From a virus, in IMG/VR virus record IMGVR_UViG_3300023082_000002, positions 12,094-76,093 of that record: a stretch of DNA of 64,000 bases; one strand, 5' to 3'. Shown piece by piece: positions 47,412-54,563 of this stretch. Each line of letters opens with the position of its first letter. Positions within the stretch are counted from its first letter, which is position 1. The position numbers were made by a program, and so were the translations under genes. The notes under the pieces are model-generated. The model was given only the letters and a program-made list of their open reading frames with translations, searched no databases and was not told where the DNA came from.

Positions 47412-48029
47412 TCAGGCGATGCGGAACGCCGCCGTGCCCTTTCCGCCCTCGCCGTTGCGACCGGCCTCGACGCCGTCGACGACGAATCCCTTCGAGACCA
47501 TCTTCGCGTAGACGGCACCGATTGCGCCGGTCGACGGGGCGTCGACCTCACCACGGGCCAGGTCGGACGCGGTGTGCCACCCGGACCCGAGGGCCGCGAC
47601 ACGCTCGGAGATGAACGTCGGGACGTCGCGCTGTCCGGCGATGCGGACCGACGCCAGGCGGATCGACTCGTCGCGGGTACGGTCGTCCGGCTCGGGCAGG
47701 TCGGTCAGGTCGACATCGGCGGGCGTCCCGGACGGGCGGACGTCGCCGGACTCGAGGGCGTCGGCGGCGCGGCGCAGGGCGTCGATCCGGTTGGACACCA
47801 GCTGGCGCCAGTCGATGACGACCGTCGATCCCGTGGACTTGGTGGACTTGGCCGCGTCGACGGCCTGGGCGTAGACCTTCGCGGTGTCGATGTCGCCGGA
47901 CATGGCGGCATCCATTCCGGCCTTCATCCACGAGTCGCGGAGGGTGCGACGCTTCGCGCCCGGCGTCGCCTCGTGCTCGGCGATCAGGTCGGCGATGGTC
48001 AGGACGGGGGTTGCGGTGTTCTTCGACAT
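47412..48029 (-). CDS. Early protein with C-terminal winged helix (PSTGAI family)
   Basis: HTASDLA...PSTGAIGAVY; same GAGAATCATCATG start context as the gene at 42160. Confidence 0.7.
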   Translation of the reverse strand: MSKNTATPVLTIADLIAEHEATPGAKRRTLRDSWMKAGMDAAMSGDIDTAKVYAQAVDAAKSTKSTGSTVVIDWRQLVSNRIDALRRAADALESGDVRPSGTPADVDLTDLPEPDDRTRDESIRLASVRIAGQRDVPTFISERVAALGSGWHTASDLARGEVDAPSTGAIGAVYAKMVSKGFVVDGVEAGRNGEGGKGTAAFRIA

Positions 48030-48161
48030 GATGATTCTCGATTCTGCCCGGTGTAGGGCGTAGGTTGCAACTATCCGAGTCGGATGTGTTGCGGTCGGTC
48101 CGACTATCGGGCCGTGACACGAGCCTAGCAGACTAGGCTCGATCATGGTGCGATAGGTGGG

Positions 48162-48177
48162 TGTGATCTAGGTCACA
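48162..48177. promoter_or_regulatory. CRP/GlxR-type site
   Basis: TGTGA-TCTAGG-TCACA. Confidence 0.7.
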
Positions 48178-48399
48178 CTAATCAATGACGGGACTGAACG
48201 TCACATCGCCGTCCGGGGTCGTGATGACATATGTCACATCACTCAGGTCTGCGTGTGACGTGATGACCCGGACGGGCGTTTCGCACATTTCGCCGTCATC
48301 GAACTGAGCCGCCACGCGCAATTCGTGGATGAATTCAGCATGGTCAACTATCGTGGGCAGGTGCTCGAAAGATGCCGAACGAACGTATTTGGTGAACAC
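48178..48399 (-). CDS. Early hypothetical protein
   Basis: SD AGGAG; 73 aa. Confidence 0.6.
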   Translation of the reverse strand: MFTKYVRSASFEHLPTIVDHAEFIHELRVAAQFDDGEMCETPVRVITSHADLSDVTYVITTPDGDVTFSPVID

Positions 48400-48503
48400 G
48401 ACGTCTCCTAGGTGTGTAGGGATGGGACTAACTATGGACTAGGTAGCCTAGGCGAGACTCTACTGGGTAGAGTCCACCTGGGTCAACTAGGCGGGTTGTG
48501 GGA

Positions 48504-48677
48504 CTAGTTACCGAGTCGGTGCCCGTTGGTTGCCCGGTAGTCGTGCATAAATGCGGCCCGGTTGACTTCGGCCATGACTTCATCCGGCGTCATATCCGAC
48601 GTGTCCGTCATGGTAGCACGAATCGAGTCGTTATCGGCGTTGAATGCGGCCCATGCGCGATCGTAATCTAGTGCCAT
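48504..48677 (-). CDS. 57-aa early protein (not in ORF track)
   Basis: MALDYDRAWAAFNADND...; first gene behind promoter copy 2. Confidence 0.55.
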   Translation of the reverse strand: MALDYDRAWAAFNADNDSIRATMTDTSDMTPDEVMAEVNRAAFMHDYRATNGHRLGN

Positions 48678-48703
48678 GATATTGAGTCCGTTCTAGTTTT
48701 CTA

Positions 48704-48754
48704 GGTCCGTTTGACCCGATGTAGAAACAATAGCACGGTTCTAGTCGTTTGCAC
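48704..48754 (-). promoter_or_regulatory. Duplicated early promoter/leader module, copy 2
   Basis: Repeat of 46970; -10 candidate TATTGT. Confidence 0.55.
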
Positions 48755-48778
48755 CCATCGAACACCCGATTATTTCGA

Positions 48779-48794
48779 TGTGATCCACGTCACA
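48779..48794. promoter_or_regulatory. CRP/GlxR-type site
   Basis: TGTGA-TCCACG-TCACA inside a longer palindrome. Confidence 0.7.
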
Positions 48795-49061
48795 TCGGAT
48801 CGAGTCGTCGCGTGATTAGACACCCATCGGTCGGCATGTGTCAACCGGTATGGGCAAACCAGTTCTAGATATCTCACGTATCACGATCACACGATGTGAT
48901 GTCTAGTCAAATTCAGTAGTCCAGTATGTGGGATTCGCGTCTAACGGACGAACGGCACCGAGTCGATAGGGATAGTCCGTCGTGGTGCTAGTAGGCCGTT
49001 AGATCGCAATTTCGGGCATCCAGGTGTGGGGGTTGTTGTCAATACGTTTGATGGATTGATG

Positions 49062-49105
49062 TTGTCCACAGCTTTATACACAGCTGTGCATAGACATGTG
49101 GATAG
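49062..49105. promoter_or_regulatory. Cluster of four DnaA boxes
   Basis: TTGTCCACA (+), TTATACACA (+), CTATGCACA (-), CTATCCACA (-), spaced 3/2/3 bp. Confidence 0.75.
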
Positions 49106-49182
49106 AGATGGTACATACGTTGGTACATAGCAGTCATAGTGAGACATTGTGTATGTGACATCGTGAGTGTCACATGGATGTA

Positions 49183-49235
49183 GACATGTCGATATGTCGA
49201 CAAATGGATTTAACGACATGTCGATTTGTCGACAA
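49183..49235. repeat. Direct repeat GACATGTCGATwTGTCGACAA x2
   Basis: 49183-49203 and 49215-49235, 20/21 identical. Confidence 0.8.
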
Positions 49236-49459
49236 TTGGCCTATGTTACACCATCAATGGCTCATACGAGATGTTACATCGTTGATGACACATGCATGGT
49301 GTCACATGGTCGTTTCTGGTTGTACCAAGCATTGTAGTGCTCGAGACAAATCGCCCAAACCTAGTTGGATGAAAACTCGTTTTGTCAATCGGAATCGCGA
49401 ATTAGAAATTTTTCTATATCACACGTCAAAACCGACTCGTTTGACTGGATATGTGGTAT

Positions 49460-49487
49460 AGGTCCGATAGGTGCCATTATCGGACCG
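49460..49487. other. Symmetric dif-like recombination site (11-6-11)
   Basis: AGGTCCGATAG-GTGCCA-TTATCGGACCG. Confidence 0.45.
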
Positions 49488-49503
49488 GCATGTCTAGCCG
49501 TAA

Positions 49504-49519
49504 TCGAACACGTGTTCGA
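49504..49519. promoter_or_regulatory. LexA SOS box (actinobacterial)
   Basis: TCGAAC-ACGT-GTTCGA, perfect consensus. Confidence 0.75.
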
Positions 49520-49665
49520 TACCCCTACCCCCGAAAAAAATCCGAGCCCCCCCGTCAGTTCGCAGCTACTTCCATCTCCGAGTGCACAGAACTTTTTTAC
49601 CAGTCTCATATGATATTCGGGTCAGATAGTACTGACATGGCACCCATCGGGCGAAAATGTCATCT

Positions 49666-50212
49666 ATGGCAGAAATACACAATAAATAACCATATATTTG
49701 ACAGTAATTAATTCATTGGAATCGTAGGCTTTTCTTACCGTTCTAGCATTTTCAGCCTTTTTTGCCATGACCTTCTGGCCTTCGGCGGAATGGATGCCCT
49801 GGACTCTGCGCTACGCTGGCCGGGTGTGTGTAGCTGACAAGATTCCATCAGATTTTCTGCCATAACATTTCATGTATCCCTGAGCCAGGGTCGATGAACA
49901 CCCTGTAGACCCCCCTCTGCCCCCTCTCCCCATGGCAAAAAAGGCAGAAATACAGAAAATACGATTTTCGTTGGAATCACGGCGTTTTAATATTGCCTGA
50001 ATATTTGCCTGGCCATGGCGGAAAATAGGCGAACGGTGTGTTTTTCACCAGAGTTGGGTCCACTTCAGATTTTCTGTCAAACATTTGGCAATAATTCCTG
50101 ACCGTCCCAAATCGGTGTCGATTTGTCATGGCAGAAAATCTGAAGCGGTACTTGCGGGGTGAATATTGCGTATGTCACAGGGGTTTGGCAGAAAATCTGA
50201 CAAAAAATCTGA
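49666..50212. repeat. Iteron-like repeats (A/T)TGGCAGAAAATCTGA in an AT-rich region; putative replication origin
   Basis: Full copies at 49848 (-), 50065 (-), 50128 and 50185; partial copies at 49666, 49759, 49932, 50015 and 50201. Confidence 0.6.
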
Positions 50213-50242
50213 TAGAGGTAGAAGTAGTACGGTTTTACACAA

Positions 50243-50279
50243 AGAAACACCCCGCTCGGCCAAAGAACAGGGTGTTTCT
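50243..50279 (-). terminator. Putative terminator of the primase operon
   Basis: AGAAACACCC/GGGTGTTTCT stem with a T-rich tail on the minus strand. Confidence 0.55.
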
Positions 50280-50298
50280 ACCTAGAAGTTGAGCACTT

Positions 50299-50694
50299 TT
50301 AAGGGCTTGTATAGAGCGGCAAACGCTCTGCTGCGGCCACTTCTGCGCGACCAGCTTCGAGCATTTTGGCCCAATTCTCGGCCTCTAGGCGGCGTAGCGC
50401 CGCCGCCCTCTGTTCGAGGATGGTACCGAACCAGACAAGAACTGGCTCACAGCGCGCCCAGTATTCGCTGGCCTGGGCGCCCGTTCTCTCTCGCGCCTTG
50501 ATGCGATGTGCCGCCATGCACAGGGGTCCGCGGCATCCGTCCATGTAAGTCGCCTCGCTACCGTGCTTGCGGCGACCGAAGTCCTCATGCTCGTACTCGG
50601 CAATACAGGCGTTGATCTTCAGCAAGCAATCGTCTACGAATGCGACTTTGTCGTCGTAGAACTCGAACTCGGGTATGAGGTGTAAGGGGATCAT
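50299..50694 (-). CDS. Hypothetical protein with HG-x3-Y-x2-GCR-x3-C motif
   Basis: KHGSEATYMDGCRGPLC; ATGA coupling. Confidence 0.6.
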   Translation of the reverse strand: MIPLHLIPEFEFYDDKVAFVDDCLLKINACIAEYEHEDFGRRKHGSEATYMDGCRGPLCMAAHRIKARERTGAQASEYWARCEPVLVWFGTILEQRAAALRRLEAENWAKMLEAGRAEVAAAERLPLYTSP

Positions 50695-52853
50695 GATGCC
50701 ACCTTTCGGAAGCGTTTTGCCGGTCGACCGCGTCCCGGCTGCGGGTCTTCAACCTCAAGCATATCCAATGCTACGAGGAAGTCGATCGTCTGCTTCAGCG
50801 CTCCCGGTGCTGGATTCTTGCCCCGCAGGTAGCGGCTCAACTCTGACGATGTGGCTCCGCGTCCGGTCTTTGCAAGGTGCTTTTCGGCGTAGTGCATAAC
50901 GTCATCTGCAAGCTCGTGCTGTGCAGTGACCCCGATACTGGCGGAAACAAGGCCGTAGCAGTAAACAAGATAGTCCACGATCGGCATAGCACGCTCATGG
51001 ACTTCCAAGTCGATCTTCGTTTTCTTCTGATTGATCGCAATGAGCAGCATAACTTTCTTGTAGATAAGGTTGAGACGTTGCAACATCTCAGTGTCATCCT
51101 TGTCCATCATGGGCTCGATCTTGGTCTTGAAGAAGCTGTAGATCGTCGGCATAGCGGCGTCGTCAATCATGAGAAGACGCTTGGTGTTGCCACCCCAGCC
51201 TTTGATCTTCAGCAGCTCGTCCTTGGCTCGAGCCATGTCGACCTTGACCTCGCTGTGGTCTCCGCCGAAGACTTCACGCTCCTTGCGCGGTCCGCCCGCG
51301 AAGACCCAGCGATTCAGGAAGCCGTTGACCTGATCGTTCTTGCTCAGGATCGCACGAAGTGCTCGCGGCTGCGTAGATGCCGTGATAGAGCAGAAGGGTT
51401 CGAAGGCGAGTTGATCGCCGTTGGTCTTCGAGCCCGTCGTGATCTCTGGATGACAGTCAGCAAACTTCATGATTGTCTGCTGAAGTGTTGATCCGATGTT
51501 CTTCGACTTCGAGATCATACCCGAGAACTCGTCCCAGTCCACTATTCCGTTGACCGGAGCAAACTGTCCATTCGGCTTTCCGGTGATCGGATCGCGCTGA
51601 TGGTACTCGAACTGCCCGATCAGGTGCTCGCCAGAACCTGGAATCGTGAGCGCTTTAACTCCCACGGTGCGATCCGGCTCGGCTTTAAAAGGGACTACCT
51701 CACGCAGAAGCGTGTCCAGATAACGACGTGACTTCGACTTGCCGAATCCCGTACCACCCAGCAAGCACAGCATGAGGTTGGCGTTCACGGGAGGTCCGTC
51801 GTTAATCTGTACGTTCTTGCCGACCGTGTGTCCCAGTGCCAGCATAGCATGCCAGAAGTGGTATTCTTCCGGGCTGTCATCGCGCGATGTCGCTACCATG
51901 TACTCGTACAGAAAAGTGTCGGGAGCGCAGATTGCCTTCCAGTCCAGCGTCGGGTACACGATGACATCAGCTGGTGCGTCATCCTTGTAGTCGATGGGCA
52001 CGACACCCAGCTGTGTAACGGTCCCTATACTTGGCTCGGGCGCTTCGACGGGGTTGGTCTCAGCCTGTGTAGCCTGAATGTTGAAGTAGTCCGCAGCGTT
52101 CATACCGGGCGTGCCGGTCACTTCGCCTTCAGGGTCCTGCTGCACCGGGGTCTCCGACGGGACCGTAGTTGTGGCGTCAGTAGAGGCCGGTGCAGCAGGG
52201 GCTGGGGCCTGTACAGACCGAGAAGCCACCTGCGGGGGAGGTGCAGCCTGTACAGGAGCTTGTGAGGGTGTCGGCTCTTCGGGAAACCAGACGACAGCGC
52301 GCTCGCCAGGCTTGCGGACCATGTTCAGTCCGAATGAAGATGCCATGTCTTCTTTGAGACGATGGAACTCCGCGCCGACGACGTTCTTCGCTTTAGGTCC
52401 GCGACCAAAGCCGATCGAGCCCAAGTCCATGACGTCGCCACCAACCTGGCAGCCTCCACAGTACCAAGCACCCGAGACGGTGTTGATCCATGCCGAGGGA
52501 TGCTCGTCGCGGTGGTCGGGTAGCGGACATGAGATGTAGATTTCATCACCACCCGCCGAGCCCCCGATTGTCTTGCCGATGAATTTAGCGTACGCCTTGA
52601 GTGGGTTGGCCTTGATCTGGTTTAGAGTCTGCTCGATAGCACGTTCGGATCGTGCCTGCTCGTCGCTGACGTCATAGACCTGTGGGATCAGGTCAGCATT
52701 TTCTTCGTTGACGGGAACCAGATTCGGTCGCTCTACTTTGTCGGTCTTTTTGTAGGTCTCAGGCGTGATTCCCTTTTCAGCCTGAATCTTGGCGAGCCGT
52801 TCCTTGAAGGACGGCAGTTCGGAAGTCACAGGATGCCCACCTTTTCCAGCCAC
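50691..52853 (-). CDS. Primase-type CHC2 Zn finger fused to a DUF3987-like P-loop helicase with C-terminal winged helix
   Basis: CPLPDHRDEHPS...WYCGGC..GGD; GGTGFGKS; WDEF; GFLNRW; GRPA. Confidence 0.8.
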   Translation of the reverse strand: MAGKGGHPVTSELPSFKERLAKIQAEKGITPETYKKTDKVERPNLVPVNEENADLIPQVYDVSDEQARSERAIEQTLNQIKANPLKAYAKFIGKTIGGSAGGDEIYISCPLPDHRDEHPSAWINTVSGAWYCGGCQVGGDVMDLGSIGFGRGPKAKNVVGAEFHRLKEDMASSFGLNMVRKPGERAVVWFPEEPTPSQAPVQAAPPPQVASRSVQAPAPAAPASTDATTTVPSETPVQQDPEGEVTGTPGMNAADYFNIQATQAETNPVEAPEPSIGTVTQLGVVPIDYKDDAPADVIVYPTLDWKAICAPDTFLYEYMVATSRDDSPEEYHFWHAMLALGHTVGKNVQINDGPPVNANLMLCLLGGTGFGKSKSRRYLDTLLREVVPFKAEPDRTVGVKALTIPGSGEHLIGQFEYHQRDPITGKPNGQFAPVNGIVDWDEFSGMISKSKNIGSTLQQTIMKFADCHPEITTGSKTNGDQLAFEPFCSITASTQPRALRAILSKNDQVNGFLNRWVFAGGPRKEREVFGGDHSEVKVDMARAKDELLKIKGWGGNTKRLLMIDDAAMPTIYSFFKTKIEPMMDKDDTEMLQRLNLIYKKVMLLIAINQKKTKIDLEVHERAMPIVDYLVYCYGLVSASIGVTAQHELADDVMHYAEKHLAKTGRGATSSELSRYLRGKNPAPGALKQTIDFLVALDMLEVEDPQPGRGRPAKRFRKVAS

Positions 52854-53200
52854 TTCTCGATGCGGCGCTGCAGTCCGAGATTCTGTGTCAGCTTAGCATG
52901 ATTGCAAGCCTCGATCAGAAGCTCCTTGGCATCGCTCTCATTTTGAATCATCTCTGCGAGTCGCTTGTCTAGGTGGCGCCAGCGTGATGTCCCTAGAGGT
53001 GCTTCCGCGAGAAGCTGATCAGTGGGGGTTGGCGGTGGAGCAACAGTTTCGCGATTGATCTGATTGACGCTGAGCTGCTGCTGAATGCGTCGGTTCTGGC
53101 TATCTTCCCACCCTGGCGTACCCTCGCCATGCTCGGGGCAGTTGGCAAAAGGCCACGAGTCGAATCGGCAGATTCCACAGGAGAGCAGTTCATCACTCAC
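52826..53200 (-). CDS. Hypothetical protein
   Basis: CGIC...CPEH. Confidence 0.55.
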   Translation of the reverse strand: MSDELLSCGICRFDSWPFANCPEHGEGTPGWEDSQNRRIQQQLSVNQINRETVAPPPTPTDQLLAEAPLGTSRWRHLDKRLAEMIQNESDAKELLIEACNHAKLTQNLGLQRRIEKWLEKVGIL

Positions 53201-53394
53201 GGCTTCACCAGAACAAACTTGTCCCCGTCATGCTGCAGAACGATCTCCGCGTTCTCGCCCTCGATGAAGTGCTCGTACAGCTCTGGAATCATGTCCATAA
53301 CCTGCTTGCCAAAAGACATCATCTGCGACGCCTTCTTGAAGATTTCTGTAATCTCTTCCATGCTTGGCTCTTTGGACTCAGGCATACGGGTCAC
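53197..53394 (-). CDS. Hypothetical protein
   Basis: 65 aa; overlaps its neighbours. Confidence 0.5.
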   Translation of the reverse strand: MTRMPESKEPSMEEITEIFKKASQMMSFGKQVMDMIPELYEHFIEGENAEIVLQHDGDKFVLVKP

Positions 53395-54259
53395 CGCTTT
53401 CGAGTAGTGCTGCCGGGTTAGGGTGAGGGCGCATAACAGCTGCAGGCGCCTTCAGGTCTAGGAAAAACGTGGGGTCCTGGCTCTTCTGGTTGCGACCGAG
53501 CGGTAGGCGCATCAGGTTGCCCATCTTCTTGTCCTCGAGGTCAACCTGCTTCGGAAAGACCTCGACGTCGAAGTTACGGAAGCCGGTGATCGGGCTCATG
53601 TCCTTGTGGCGAAAGAAATGCTTGCCCTTGAGTGGCTCGAACTCATCCAGCGTCGCCATGACGATGTCGGCGGCGGCACGGACCTCCTCGCCCGGCATCT
53701 CGCCGGTAAACCCGTACACGTGGACGCCCTTGCCGCCCGAGTATGCGGCTGCACACGGGAGACCGAGGTCTCGGATACCTCCAGCAAAGCGGTGCACGAG
53801 GCCCATCATCTGCTGCTTCCACCACTCTCGAGCGGCGGGTATTGCTGTTGCTGGGTTGCGGTCGAGCCAGATTGTGCGAGGATTGAGGTGCTCAAAGATT
53901 TGATACTGCTCATCAAACTGCTGGTTCGTGATGCTCGGGTCGAACTTAAACGGCCCAGGCGGGATTGCGTAGGTCCCGTTCTCCTTGACAAGGTCAATGT
54001 CGAAAGCGAACATGCGAGCGTTTGAGTTGGAATCGAGCAGGTAGTGACCATAGGTCTGCTGCCCTGTCAGGTGCGCTGTCAGATGATCCATTGTAAACCC
54101 GAGACCGTGACGACTGGTCTCGGGACTTCCGCCATGCTCGGGCATGGTATCCTTCATTCGGAAGTCGGGTACATAGTCGCCATTACTGAACTGAATGGCT
54201 TTCACGTCCCGATTTTGGATCATTCGCTTGGCGAATAGGGCAGCGATATCTTCGTACAA
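53378..54259 (-). CDS. Archaeo-eukaryotic primase-polymerase (AEP, TOTE-primase-like)
   Basis: FDID, YSGGKGVHVY, EVFPKQ, GNLMRLPLG. Confidence 0.85.
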   Translation of the reverse strand: MYEDIAALFAKRMIQNRDVKAIQFSNGDYVPDFRMKDTMPEHGGSPETSRHGLGFTMDHLTAHLTGQQTYGHYLLDSNSNARMFAFDIDLVKENGTYAIPPGPFKFDPSITNQQFDEQYQIFEHLNPRTIWLDRNPATAIPAAREWWKQQMMGLVHRFAGGIRDLGLPCAAAYSGGKGVHVYGFTGEMPGEEVRAAADIVMATLDEFEPLKGKHFFRHKDMSPITGFRNFDVEVFPKQVDLEDKKMGNLMRLPLGRNQKSQDPTFFLDLKAPAAVMRPHPNPAALLESGDPYA

Positions 54260-54563
54260 GGCAGGCTCCGATATGCGTGGTCGGCGGGATGGGGTCGGCC
54301 CAATGTAACCTACACCCGGCCACGGGCGATGTCGAGGACCATGGTCCGTGACGTCCCCGCGTGTCGCGTGCTACCTTGGAGGTGGTACGTGTCCCCGGCA
54401 GGGCAGCTGGTTCGCCAGTCGTACCGTCCTCGGTGTGTTCGGCGCACACGGTCGGAGGCCCTCCGCTTGTCAGGCAGGCTCGCGGAGGGCCTTTCCGCTC
54501 CATAGGCGATTGCGTGACGATGACCCGCATGTATGATGGTGTGCTAAGCCGACCGGAGGACCA

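Noticed and set aside
49032-49055. LacI-type operator (GTCAATACGTTTGA)
   Set aside because: Needs an indel to match; too weak to call
48941-49711. Short ORFs in the operator array
   Set aside because: No SD, atypical codon use and mutual overlaps; better explained as non-coding sites
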